A stretch of DNA of 64,000 nucleotides from Octopus vulgaris (Eukaryota), in assembly GCA_951406725.2 (NCBI GenBank), contig OX597820.1, positions 4,278,001 to 4,342,000 on the forward strand, given 5' to 3'. The translations under genes were made by a program, and so were the position numbers. This document shows, one piece after another, positions 50,476-64,000 of the stretch. Under the pieces are notes generated by a model. That model saw only the letters and a program-made list of their open reading frames with translations, had not been told where the DNA came from and searched no databases. Positions within the stretch are counted from its first letter, which is position 1; every line of letters begins with the position of its first letter.

Positions 50476-51691
50476 TAAAGTAGGAAGGCTGTCAAACCAC
50501 AAACCCCTTCAGGTAGATGGCCCTGCTTGATCTGTGGAAAAGGCATGGGTAGAAAGAAACTCCATACGGTGTACTTGGGGTAAGTTATGTACACATAAAA
50601 GGTGCAGCAATATCAAAGGAAGGTTAACTGGGTAGATAGTTTTTGCGTGTGGAAGATGCACTGAGGCAATAAACACTGAAGATGTACAGAAAACAGATTC
50701 CAACACATTCCAGGGGGAGAAACTAGAAGTAGTTAATAGCTTCCACAACCAAGGTGACCAAGTCTGGAGTGGGGGTGGTTGTTCTGAGAGTGTAGCAGCT
50801 AGAATAAGAATGGGCTGGGCAAAGTTCAGGGAGCTCCTACCTCTGCTGGCAACTAAGGGCTTCACACTCAGGGTGAAAGGTAGACTGTGTAGATGCATGT
50901 GGGCAAACTGTCATACTACAAGGCAGTAAAACATGGGCCATGACTGCTGACGACATGCGTAGGCTTGAAAGAAATGAAGCTAGTATGATCCGCTGGATGT
51001 GTGATGTCGGTGTGCATACACGAAAGAGTGTAAGTGCCCTGAGAGAGAAGTTGGGCAGAAGAAGCATAAAACATGGTGTGCAAGAGAGACGACTGTGTTG
51101 GTATGGTCATGCGTTATGTATGCACAAGGACAGCAGTGTGAGGAAGTGCCACTCCCTAACTGTGGAAGAGGTAGACCCAGGAAGACATGGGTTGAGGTGG
51201 TGAAGCATAACCTTTGAACATTGAGCCTCACAAACACAATGACAGGAGACCGAGACCTTTGGAGATCTGTTGTGATTGAGAAGACCTGGCAAGCAAAGTG
51301 AGATCACAGCCATGGCCGATGCCAGTGCTGCATGTCCAGCCCATTTAAGAGTAACCCTTTATGCATCGGGTGATATGATATGGTTGAGAAGACCTGTTGA
51401 GTCAAGTAAAACCAAAACCGCAGCTGTGGCTAGTGCCCCCTGATTGGCCCCTGTTCCAGTGGCATGTAAATGCGTCATTGGAATGTGGTTGATGCCAGCG
51501 TCCCCTGACTGGCTCCTATGACAGTGGCACGTAAAAAGCACCCACTACGCTCTCGGAGTGGCTGGCATTAGGAAAGGCATCCAGCTGTAGAAACATTACC
51601 AGATCAGATTAGAGCATGGTGCAGCCTTCTGGCTTGCCAGACCTCAGTCAAACCGTCCAACCCATGCCAGCATGGAAAATGAATGTTAAAC

Positions 51692-51722
<31 letters not shown>
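50476..51722 (+). mobile_element. Degenerate RTE LINE 3' portion with (GAT)n tail
   Basis: Colinear with 35550-36915, including remnants of the Cys cluster; frameshifts and stops. Confidence 0.88.
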
Positions 51723-52009
51723 TGTGTGTGTGTGTGTATGTGTATAGGTTTGGTGATGCAAACAGGAAAAATAGAACTTAAAATATGAATATATGTATGA
51801 TATAGATATACCTGTGTGTGAGTGTGTCCAACCAATGCCTGCATGGAAAATGGATGTTATGATGATGATAATGATGATAATGATGTTCCTTCTGCTAAAT
51901 ATTGATAAAAATACATATATTTATATTTTAAGTCTTCCTGGGACTATATATCTATCTATCACGTCCTCGCGTTGTTGTATTTTCTCTTTGTGTTTTCATG
52001 TTTGGATTA

Positions 52010-52065
<56 letters not shown>

Positions 52066-52084
52066 CACACATATATATATATTT

Positions 52085-52166
<82 letters not shown>

Positions 52167-52168
<2 letters not shown>

Positions 52169-52500
52169 CATCATCATCATCATCATCGTGTAGCGTCCAT
52201 TTTCCATGCTAGCATGGGTTGGACAGTTCAACTGGGGTCTGGGAAGGCAGAAGGCTGCACCAGGCCTAGTCTGATCTGGCAAGGTTTCTACAGCTGGATG
52301 CCCTTCCTAACGCCAACCACTCCATGAGTGCAGTGGGTGCTTTTTACGTGCCACCGACACAGGTGCCAGACGAGTTTGGCAAACGGCCATGATCGGATGG
52401 TGCTTTTTACGTGCCACCGGCACGGAGGCCATTCGGGGCGGTGCTGGCAATGGCCACGTTCGGATGGTTCTCTTACATGCCACCGGCACTAGTATCACAG

Positions 52501-52502
<2 letters not shown>
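52167..52502 (-). mobile_element. RTE 3'-end copy within (TA)n
   Basis: Homologous to 6941-7245. Confidence 0.85.
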
Positions 52503-52545
<43 letters not shown>

Positions 52546-52636
52546 TAATCCAAACATGAAAACACAAAGAGTAAACACAACAAGGCGAGGATGTGGAACA
52601 AGTATAGTGTTATTGGACGCTCAGGAAAGAAGGAGG

Positions 52637-52671
52637 ATTCAACGTTTCGAGCGGAGCTATTCGTCAGAAAC
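52637..52671 (-). ncRNA. Minimal type-I hammerhead motif in a PLE terminal repeat (52540-52720, minus)
   Basis: Minus strand: GTTT-CTGACGA-A-TAGC(TCC)GCTC-GAAAC-GT-T-GAAT; adjacent to a PLE ORF end. Confidence 0.6.
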
Positions 52672-52719
52672 ATAGAAAAGGGAAAGATCCAAGGAAGGGA
52701 AGACGGAGGAAAAAAAATA

Positions 52720-52930
52720 GTCTTTGAAAGAAAGCGCCACAGATTCCAACATAAAGTGGAAGATCCTGGAGAAATGTAAACCATACTTTAATGGCAGCAG
52801 TAAGTGCAGTCTGTGCCTGGCTGAGAAGAGAGCAATTTTAAAGGATCCCCGACGCCTGGATAGTCACATGAATGGCAGGAGTGAAGTGTTTAATCCTTGC
52901 CCACATGAAAGGAAGTATATCCTATCATAA
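52720..52930 (+). mobile_element. Penelope-like element ORF C-terminus (GIY-YIG endonuclease end)
   Basis: NIKWKILEKCKPYFNGSSKCSLCLAEKRAIL...NGRSEVFNPCPHERKY* matches the PLE motif I.W.IL...PY....C.LCL.EK..I...LN.RSE....CRH. Confidence 0.75.
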
Positions 52931-53029
52931 CTGCGTGCTTCATCATGACTACAATCACCAGTCCCCCAGCCTTGGCTCCCTACTTGTACCCTGGAGTTCG
53001 GCAATATATAATACTGCACATTTTGTATA

Positions 53030-53158
53030 ACACACACACACTTATATATAAATATATATATATGTAACATATGGTATATATATATACATATATATATATG
53101 AATATATACACACATACATATATATATATGTATATACATATATCATACACACACACAC

Positions 53159-53198
<40 letters not shown>

Positions 53199-53273
53199 CA
53201 TATGGTATATATATATATCTACATATACATATACATATATATATATATATATGTATACACACACACACAAGCG

Positions 53274-53305
<32 letters not shown>

Positions 53306-53592
53306 TATATATGTATATACATATACATATATCATACACAGAGGTGTGTGTGTATGTCTCCCACAACTGCTTTACAACTGAGGTTGGTTTTGTTATGTTC
53401 CCATTACTCAGCGATTTGGTAAAAAGAGAATGATAAAATAAGTTCTAGGCTTAAGAAAAAATTGCAAATTGTAAGTTCTTCAAGGTGGTGCCCCAGCATG
53501 CCATAGTCTAATAACCGAAACAAGTAAAGAAAAAATAAGATATAAGAGATATAAAAAAAAACTGCACTCAGTACACTGTGTAGTGTTTTTAG

Positions 53593-53672
<80 letters not shown>

Positions 53673-53713
53673 TCGTTTAACGTCCGTTCTCCATGCTAGC
53701 ATGGGTTTATATA

Positions 53714-53781
<68 letters not shown>

Positions 53782-53851
53782 CATATTATATATAGATAAA
53801 TAGATAGATATAGATATGTATATACATGCATATATATATATATATATATAT

Positions 53852-53927
<76 letters not shown>

Positions 53928-53945
53928 CATATATATGTATATACC

Positions 53946-53976
<31 letters not shown>

Positions 53977-54027
53977 GTGTGTGTATATGTATATGTATAT
54001 ATATATATACATATGTATATACATATC

Positions 54028-54060
<33 letters not shown>

Positions 54061-54080
54061 GTGTGTGTATATGTATATGG
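53030..54080. repeat. (TA)n-rich compound microsatellites
   Basis: Direct reading. Confidence 0.9.
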
Positions 54081-54561
54081 GGGAGGTGTATACATCTGTT
54101 TTATGTGCGTGTATGCATGTCAATATACACAGCTAAATCGCTATTGTATTCTTGTGTTTGTTTATTTGCGATAAATTCTTTTGTGAAATCGAATAACGAG
54201 AGAAAAAGAGTTGAGTGGAAGATTGTTTTGTCCTGTTACCGAATGAATTGGTGGGTCGAGTCAATATCTAGGATGACCAACTATACTGAGCATGGGAGAG
54301 AGAGAATGAGAGAGAGAGAGGAAGCTTTATGGTGTTTATTGATCCACCGTTGGAGCAGTAAACTACAGTGATTTTAGAGATACACTTTCAATATATTTAT
54401 CCGACGACTGTGCTACACTGATGAAGTATCATCATCTACTGCTGGACTACACGACTCTTGTTAACACGGCACCTCTCTTGCTGCTGCTTGCCAATAAGTA
54501 GCAATTAAGTATGTACTTATAGGCACTATATATATATATGTGTATGTATATATATACATAC

Positions 54562-54645
<84 letters not shown>

Positions 54646-54670
54646 CTATATATTTCTATATATGTATGTA

Positions 54671-54713
<43 letters not shown>

Positions 54714-54716
54714 GTA

Positions 54717-54767
<51 letters not shown>

Positions 54768-54856
54768 GTATGTGTGTGTGTGTGTGTGTGTGCATATGGG
54801 TATATATACATATATGTGTATTACATATTCATATTACACAAACACATATGTATGTA

Positions 54857-54889
<33 letters not shown>

Positions 54890-55143
54890 TTAACGTCCGC
54901 TTTCCATGCTAGCATGGGTTGGACGGTTCAACTGGGGTCTGGGAAGCCCGAAGGCTGCACAAGGCCAGTCAGATCTGGCAGTGTTTCTACAGCTGGATGC
55001 CCTTCCTAACGCCAACCACTCTGAGAGTGTAGTGGGTGATTTTTATGTGCCACTGACACAGGTGCCAGACGAGGCTGGCAGACGGCCACGCTCAGATGGT
55101 GTTTTTTATGTGCCACTGACACAGGTGCCAGATGAGGCTGGAT

Positions 55144-55266
<123 letters not shown>

Positions 55267-55311
55267 ATATATATGTATGTATATATATATGTATGTATAT
55301 ATATATGTATG

Positions 55312-55344
<33 letters not shown>

Positions 55345-55923
55345 GATAGCTTCCGTTATCTTGGTGACCAAGTCAGTAGTGGGGGTGGGTGTGCTGAAAG
55401 TGTAACGGCTAGAGTAAGAATAGCCTGGGCAAAGTTTAGGGAGCTCTTATCTCTGTTGGTGACTAAAGGCCTCTCGTTCAGAGTAAAAGGCAGACTGTAT
55501 GATGCATGTGTACGAACAGCCATGCTACATGGCAGTGAAACATGGGCCGTGCCTGCTGAGGACATGTGTAAGCTCACGAGAAATGAAGCTAGTATGCTCC
55601 GTTGGATGTGTAATGTCAGTGTTCATAGTCGACAGAGTGTAAGAACCTTGAGAGAAAAGTTGGACCTAAGAGGCATCAGAGGTTGTGTGCAAGAGAGACG
55701 ATTGCGCTGGTATGGTCATGTGGCGAGAATGGATGAAGATAGGTGTGTAAAAAAGTGCCACACCCTGGCAGTTGAGGGGACCTGTGGAAGAGGTAGACCC
55801 AGGAAAACCTGGGTGGAGGTGGTGAAGCACGACCTTCGAACTCTAGGTCTCACCAAGGAAATGACCAGAGACCGAGACCTATGGAAGTATGCTGTGCGTC
55901 AGAAGACCTGGCAAGACCAGTGA
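55345..55923 (+). mobile_element. RTE ORF 3' fragment in array unit 1 (copies at 57651-58229, 59941-60519, 62244-62822)
   Basis: [12 protein letters not shown]...[10 protein letters not shown]...KTWQDQ*, open frame, truncated 5' at (TA)n; lacks the RT core. Confidence 0.9.
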
Positions 55924-56438
55924 GAACAATCAAAATCAAATCATATATCAGAAAGCAGGGGTTAAGTGACCCATCCGTTTGTGTCCGCTGTCAGCCTCGT
56001 CTGGCACCCATGTCGGTGATACGTAAAAGCACCATTCGCTCGTGGCCGTTTGCCAGCTCTGTCTGGCCCCCGTGTTGGTGGCACGTAAAAGCACCATCCG
56101 TTCGTGTTCGTTGCCAGCCTCGCCTGGTCCCGTGCCGGTGACACGTAAAAGCACCATCCGTTCGTGGCCGTTTGCTTTTACGTGTCACCGGCACGGGGGC
56201 CAGGCCAGGCTGGCAACGAACACGAACGGATGGTGCTTTTACGTGCCACCGACACGGGGGCCAGACAGGGCTGGCAAACGGCTACGAACAGATGGTACTT
56301 TTACGTGTCACCTGCACGGGGCCCTGATGTTGATCAACCTCAATTTGGTTTGATCTTGATTTTGACTGTTCTCACTGGTCTTGCCGGGTTTTCTCACGCA
56401 CAGCATACCTCCAAAGGTTTCGGTCACTGGTCATTTCC
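55857..56438. repeat. ~580-bp imperfect palindrome of two tail-to-tail RTE 3' ends (copies 58163-58744, 60453-61035, 62756-63338)
   Basis: Inner arms 56007-56153 / 56173-56320 around a 19-nt loop; outer arms 55857-55940 / 56350-56438. Confidence 0.9.
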
Positions 56439-56589
56439 AGTTGATTAAAATATATTTTAAGCATATAAATCTATTTTTTCTACATATTAAATTATAACCA
56501 TATCTTTTACTTTTTTACCAATTGTAGCAACATAATAAATAACAAGTTTGGAAAAAAAAAACCCACTGAATTAGATGAGAAACAGTGAA

Positions 56590-56930
56590 CAACAGAATAA
56601 CAGCAGAGCCGAAGCTATTTCTAATTTGACCAAAGTTCAAAAGTTACAAAAAAAACTTTAATTTTGTTATGAAATAATGCAATTATTTTTTGCAGTTTAT
56701 TTTATTGTTTTATGGTGAATTTTGCTACAGTGAAATCTCCTGTAAGCTAAAAACAACACAAAAAGGAATACAAATGCAGCTGATCCTAACAAATGATAGA
56801 GACAAGTGGATTCTCTACAGCAAAAAGCAGACAAGCAAGAAAATACATGGAAGCCAGTAGCTTGGTGCCAATGAATCTACCATTCACTCCATTTATAAAG
56901 TGTGTAGAGAAGATCCATTTATCACTGCAA
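56590..56930 (+). mobile_element. Possible Tc1-like transposase N-terminal remnant in each array unit
   Basis: Frameshifted patches YSEISCKLK, IETSGFSTAKSRQAR and HSIYKVCREDPFITA resemble the Tc1 HTH region (..EI...L; ETG.....R.GRP; I.R....DPF.TA). Confidence 0.4.
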
Positions 56931-56970
56931 TATATATATATATTTCTATATATTTCTATATATGTATGTA

Positions 56971-57015
<45 letters not shown>

Positions 57016-57018
57016 GTA

Positions 57019-57076
<58 letters not shown>

Positions 57077-57164
57077 TATGTGTGTGTGTGTGTGTGTGTG
57101 CATATGGGTATATATACATATATGTGTATTACATATTCATATTACACAAACACATATGTATGTA

Positions 57165-57197
<33 letters not shown>

Positions 57198-57451
57198 TTA
57201 ACGTCCGCTTTCCATGCTAGCATGGGTTGGACGGTTCAACTGGGGTCTGGGAAGCCCGAAGGCTGCACAAGGCCAGTCAGATCTGGCAGTGTTTCTACAG
57301 CTGGATGCCCTTCCTAACGCCAACCACTCTGAGAGTGTAGTGGGTGATTTTTATGTGCCACTGACACAGGTGCCAGACGAGGCTGGCAGACGGCCACGCT
57401 CAGATGGTGTTTTTTATGTGCCACTGACACAGGTGCCAGATGAGGCTGGAT

Positions 57452-57572
<121 letters not shown>

Positions 57573-57617
57573 ATATATATGTATGTATATATATATGTAT
57601 GTATATATATATGTATG

Positions 57618-57650
<33 letters not shown>

Positions 57651-59276
57651 GATAGCTTCCGTTATCTTGGTGACCAAGTCAGTAGTGGGGGTGGGTGTGC
57701 TGAAAGTGTAACGGCTAGAGTAAGAATAGCCTGGGCAAAGTTTAGGGAGCTCTTATCTCTGTTGGTGACTAAAGGCCTCTCGTTCAGAGTAAAAGGCAGA
57801 CTGTATGATGCATGTGTACGAACAGCCATGCTACATGGCAGTGAAACATGGGCCGTGCCTGCTGAGGACATGTGTAAGCTCACGAGAAATGAAGCTAGTA
57901 TGCTCCGTTGGATGTGTAATGTCAGTGTTCATAGTCGACAGAGTGTAAGAACCTTGAGAGAAAAGTTGGACCTAAGAGGCATCAGAGGTTGTGTGCAAGA
58001 GAGACGATTGCGCTGGTATGGTCATGTGGCGAGAATGGATGAAGATAGGTGTGTAAAAAAGTGCCACACCCTGGCAGTTGAGGGGACCTGTGGAAGAGGT
58101 AGACCCAGGAAAACCTGGGTGGAGGTGGTGAAGCACGACCTTCGAACTCTAGGTCTCACCAAGGAAATGACCAGAGACCGAGACCTATGGAAGTATGCTG
58201 TGCGTCAGAAGACCTGGCAAGACCAGTGAGAACAATCAAAATCAAATCATATATCAGAAAGCAGGGGTTAAGTGACCCATCCGTTTGTGTCCGCTGTCAG
58301 CCTCGTCTGGCACCCATGTCGGTGATACGTAAAAGCACCATTCGCTCGTGGCCGTTTGCCAGCTCTGTCTGGCCCCCGTGTTGGTGGCACGTAAAAGCAC
58401 CATCCGTTCGTGTTCGTTGCCAGCCTCGCCTGGTCCCGTGCCGGTGACACGTAAAAGCACCATCCGTTCGTGGCCGTTTGCTTTTACGTGTCACCGGCAC
58501 GGGGCCAGGCCAGGCTGGCAACGAACACGAACGGATGGTGCTTTTACGTGCCACCGACACGGGGGCCAGACAGGGCTGGCAAACGGCTACGAACAGATGG
58601 TACTTTTACGTGTCACCTGCACGGGGGCCCTGATGTTGATCAACCTCAATTTGGTTTGATCTTGATTTTGACTGTTCTCACTGGTCTTGCCGGGTTTTCT
58701 CACGCACAGCATACCTCCAAAGGTTTCGGTCACTGGTCATTTCCAGTTGATTAAAATATATTTTAAGCATATAAATCTATTTTTTCTACATATTAAATTA
58801 TAACCATATCTTTTACTTTTTTACCAATTGTAGCAACATAATAAATAACAAGTTTGGAAAAAAAAAACCCACTGAATTAGATGAGAAACAGTGAACAACA
58901 GAATAACAGCAGAGCCGAAGCTATTTCTAATTTGACCAAAGTTCAAAAGTTACAAAAAAAACTTTAATTTTGTTATGAAATAATGCAATTATTTTTTGCA
59001 GTTTATTTTATTGTTTTATGGTGAATTTTGCTACAGTGAAATCTCCTGTAAGCTAAAAACAACACAAAAAGGAATACAAATGCAGCTGATCCTAACAAAT
59101 GATAGAGACAAGTGGATTCTCTACAGCAAAAAGCAGACAAGCAAGAAAATACATGGAAGCCAGTAGCTTGGTGCCAATGAATCTACCATTCACTCCATTT
59201 ATAAAGTGTGTAGAGAAGATCCATTTATCACTGCAATATATATATATATTTCTATATATTTCTATATATGTATGTA

Positions 59277-59321
<45 letters not shown>

Positions 59322-59324
59322 GTA

Positions 59325-59373
<49 letters not shown>

Positions 59374-59462
59374 GTATGTGTGTGTGTGTGTGTGTGTGCA
59401 TATGGGTATATATACATATATGTGTATTACATATTCATATTACACAAACACATATGTATGTA

Positions 59463-59495
<33 letters not shown>

Positions 59496-59749
59496 TTAAC
59501 GTCCGCTTTCCATGCTAGCATGGGTTGGACGGTTCAACTGGGGTCTGGGAAGCCCGAAGGCTGCACAAGGCCAGTCAGATCTGGCAGTGTTTCTACAGCT
59601 GGATGCCCTTCCTAACGCCAACCACTCTGAGAGTGTAGTGGGTGATTTTTATGTGCCACTGACACAGGTGCCAGACGAGGCTGGCAGACGGCCACGCTCA
59701 GATGGTGTTTTTTATGTGCCACTGACACAGGTGCCAGATGAGGCTGGAT

Positions 59750-59870
<121 letters not shown>

Positions 59871-59907
59871 GTATGTATATATATATGTATGTATATATAT
59901 ATGTATG

Positions 59908-59940
<33 letters not shown>

Positions 59941-61567
59941 GATAGCTTCCGTTATCTTGGTGACCAAGTCAGTAGTGGGGGTGGGTGTGCTGAAAGTGTA
60001 ACGGCTAGAGTAAGAATAGCCTGGGCAAAGTTTAGGGAGCTCTTATCTCTGTTGGTGACTAAAGGCCTCTCGTTCAGAGTAAAAGGCAGACTGTATGATG
60101 CATGTGTACGAACAGCCATGCTACATGGCAGTGAAACATGGGCCGTGCCTGCTGAGGACATGTGTAAGCTCACGAGAAATGAAGCTAGTATGCTCCGTTG
60201 GATGTGTAATGTCAGTGTTCATAGTCGACAGAGTGTAAGAACCTTGAGAGAAAAGTTGGACCTAAGAGGCATCAGAGGTTGTGTGCAAGAGAGACGATTG
60301 CGCTGGTATGGTCATGTGGCGAGAATGGATGAAGATAGGTGTGTAAAAAAGTGCCACACCCTGGCAGTTGAGGGGACCTGTGGAAGAGGTAGACCCAGGA
60401 AAACCTGGGTGGAGGTGGTGAAGCACGACCTTCGAACTCTAGGTCTCACCAAGGAAATGACCAGAGACCGAGACCTATGGAAGTATGCTGTGCGTCAGAA
60501 GACCTGGCAAGACCAGTGAGAACAATCAAAATCAAATCATATATCAGAAAGCAGGGGTTAAGTGACCCATCCGTTTGTGTCCGCTGTCAGCCTCGTCTGG
60601 CACCCATGTCGGTGATACGTAAAAGCACCATTCGCTCGTGGCCGTTTGCCAGCTCTGTCTGGCCCCCGTGTTGGTGGCACGTAAAAGCACCATCCATTCG
60701 TGTTCGTTGCCAGCCTCGCCTGGTCCCGTGCCGGTGACACGTAAAAGCACCATCCGTTCGTGGCCGTTTGCTTTTACGTGTCACCGGCACGGGGGCCAGG
60801 CCAGGCTGGCAACGAACACGAACGGATGGTGCTTTTACGTGCCACCGACACGGGGGCCAGACAGGGCTGGCAAACGGCTACGAACAGATGGTACTTTTAC
60901 GTGTCACCTGCACGGGGGCCCTGATGTTGATCAACCTCAATTTGGTTTGATCTTGATTTTGACTGTTCTCACTGGTCTTGCCGGGTTTTCTCACGCACAG
61001 CATACCTCCAAAGGTTTCGGTCACTGGTCATTTCCAGTTGATTAAAATATATTTTAAGCATATAAATCTATTTTTTCTACATATTAAATTATAACCATAT
61101 CTTTTACTTTTTTACCAATTGTAGCAACATAATAAATAACAAGTTTGGAAAAAAAAAACCCACTGAATTAGATGAGAAACAGTGAACAACAGAATAACAG
61201 CAGAGCCGAAGCTATTTCTAATTTGACCAAAGTTCAAAAGTTACAAAAAAAACTTTAATTTTGTTATGAAATAATGCAATTATTTTTTGCAGTTTATTTT
61301 ATTGTTTTATGGTGAATTTTGCTACAGTGAAATCTCCTGTAAGCTAAAAACAACACAAAAAGGAATACAAATGCAGCTGATCCTAACAAATGATAGAGAC
61401 AAGTGGATTCTCTACAGCAAAAAGCAGACAAGCAAGAAAATACATGGAAGCCAGTAGCTTGGTGCCAATGAATCTACCATTCACTCCATTTATAAAGTGT
61501 GTAGAGAAGATCCATTTATCACTGCAATATATATATATATTTCTATATATTTCTATATATGTATGTA

Positions 61568-61612
<45 letters not shown>

Positions 61613-61615
61613 GTA

Positions 61616-61664
<49 letters not shown>

Positions 61665-61753
61665 GTATGTGTGTGTGTGTGTGTGTGTGCATATGGGTAT
61701 ATATACATATATGTGTATTACATATTCATATTACACAAACACATATGTATGTA

Positions 61754-61786
<33 letters not shown>

Positions 61787-62040
61787 TTAACGTCCGCTTT
61801 CCATGCTAGCATGGGTTGGACGGTTCAACTGGGGTCTGGGAAGCCCGAAGGCTGCACAAGGCCAGTCAGATCTGGCAGTGTTTCTACAGCTGGATGCCCT
61901 TCCTAACGCCAACCACTCTGAGAGTGTAGTGGGTGATTTTTATGTGCCACTGACACAGGTGCCAGACGAGGCTGGCAGACGGCCACGCTCAGATGGTGTT
62001 TTTTATGTGCCACTGACACAGGTGCCAGATGAGGCTGGAT

Positions 62041-62165
<125 letters not shown>

Positions 62166-62210
62166 ATATATATGTATGTATATATATATGTATGTATATA
62201 TATATGTATG

Positions 62211-62243
<33 letters not shown>

Positions 62244-63870
62244 GATAGCTTCCGTTATCTTGGTGACCAAGTCAGTAGTGGGGGTGGGTGTGCTGAAAGT
62301 GTAACGGCTAGAGTAAGAATAGCCTGGGCAAAGTTTAGGGAGCTCTTATCTCTGTTGGTGACTAAAGGCCTCTCGTTCAGAGTAAAAGGCAGACTGTATG
62401 ATGCATGTGTACGAACAGCCATGCTACATGGCAGTGAAACATGGGCCGTGCCTGCTGAGGACATGTGTAAGCTCACGAGAAATGAAGCTAGTATGCTCCG
62501 TTGGATGTGTAATGTCAGTGTTCATAGTCGACAGAGTGTAAGAACCTTGAGAGAAAAGTTGGACCTAAGAGGCATCAGAGGTTGTGTGCAAGAGAGACGA
62601 TTGCGCTGGTATGGTCATGTGGCGAGAATGGATGAAGATAGGTGTGTAAAAAAGTGCCACACCCTGGCAGTTGAGGGGACCTGTGGAAGAGGTAGACCCA
62701 GGAAAACCTGGGTGGAGGTGGTGAAGCACGACCTTCGAACTCTAGGTCTCACCAAGGAAATGACCAGAGACCGAGACCTATGGAAGTATGCTGTGCGTCA
62801 GAAGACCTGGCAAGACCAGTGAGAACAATCAAAATCAAATCATATATCAGAAAGCAGGGGTTAAGTGACCCATCCGTTTGTGTCCGCTGTCAGCCTCGTC
62901 TGGCACCCATGTCGGTGATACGTAAAAGCACCATTCGCTCGTGGCCGTTTGCCAGCTCTGTCTGGCCCCCGTGTTGGTGGCACGTAAAAGCACCATCCGT
63001 TCGTGTTCGTTGCCAGCCTCGCCTGGTCCCGTGCCGGTGACACGTAAAAGCACCATCCGTTCGTGGCCGTTTGCTTTTACGTGTCACCGGCACGGGGGCC
63101 AGGCCAGGCTGGCAACGAACACGAACGGATGGTGCTTTTACGTGCCACCGACACGGGGGCCAGACAGGGCTGGCAAACGGCTACGAACAGATGGTACTTT
63201 TACGTGTCACCTGCACGGGGGCCCTGATGTTGATCAACCTCAATTTGGTTTGATCTTGATTTTGACTGTTCTCACTGGTCTTGCCGGGTTTTCTCACGCA
63301 CAGCATACCTCCAAAGGTTTCGGTCACTGGTCATTTCCAGTTGATTAAAATATATTTTAAGCATATAAATCTATTTTTTCTACATATTAAATTATAACCA
63401 TATCTTTTACTTTTTTACCAATTGTAGCAACATAATAAATAACAAGTTTGGAAAAAAAAAACCCACTGAATTAGATGAGAAACAGTGAACAACAGAATAA
63501 CAGCAGAGCCGAAGCTATTTCTAATTTGACCAAAGTTCAAAAGTTACAAAAAAAACTTTAATTTTGTTATGAAATAATGCAATTATTTTTTGCAGTTTAT
63601 TTTATTGTTTTATGGTGAATTTTGCTACAGTGAAATCTCCTGTAAGCTAAAAACAACACAAAAAGGAATACAAATGCAGCTGATCCTAACAAATGATAGA
63701 GACAAGTGGATTCTCTACAGCAAAAAGCAGACAAGCAAGAAAATACATGGAAGCCAGTAGCTTGGTGCCAATGAATCTACCATTCACTCCATTTATAAAG
63801 TGTGTAGAGAAGATCCATTTATCACTGCAATATATATATATATTTCTATATATTTCTATATATGTATGTA

Positions 63871-63965
<95 letters not shown>

Positions 63966-64000
63966 GTATGTGTGTGTGTGTGTGTGTGTGCATATGGGTA

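Noticed and set aside
54410-54470. CTGATGAAG after a possible PLE-like tail
   Set aside because: No downstream GAAA box or pairing stems.

Overview
Repeat-dominated animal genomic DNA. The (TA)n/(TATG)n/(GAT)n microsatellites and the SINE/LINE families strongly resemble an Octopus (coleoid cephalopod) genome; this assignment is inference. Almost all ORF-track entries are microsatellite or repeat artefacts. The only credible host-gene signal is a 58-nt minus-strand first coding exon at 30410-30467 (MTSFITKATEYYDDLLKSA-D, phase-1 GTAAG donor) resembling an ELOVL1/7-type elongase N-terminus. It sits below a CpG-rich promoter-like region, so 1-30409 would be intron. The rest is mobile DNA: RTE LINEs (one with a near-intact RT carrying a PHD-like finger) and many 3'-end copies, three R4/Dong LINEs stacked in (AAT)n, CR1, Penelope-like, mariner/Tc1, piggyBac-MITE and Helitron remnants, and tRNA-SINEs. 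Most notable: (i) a tRNA-head SINE ending in a Penelope-type hammerhead ribozyme, one copy of which is split by three Dong insertions; (ii) three distinct hammerhead-bearing repeat families; (iii) a near-identical ~2.3-kb tandem array (54.6 kb to window end) with a ~580-bp RTE-derived hairpin in each unit; (iv) several long inverted repeats.
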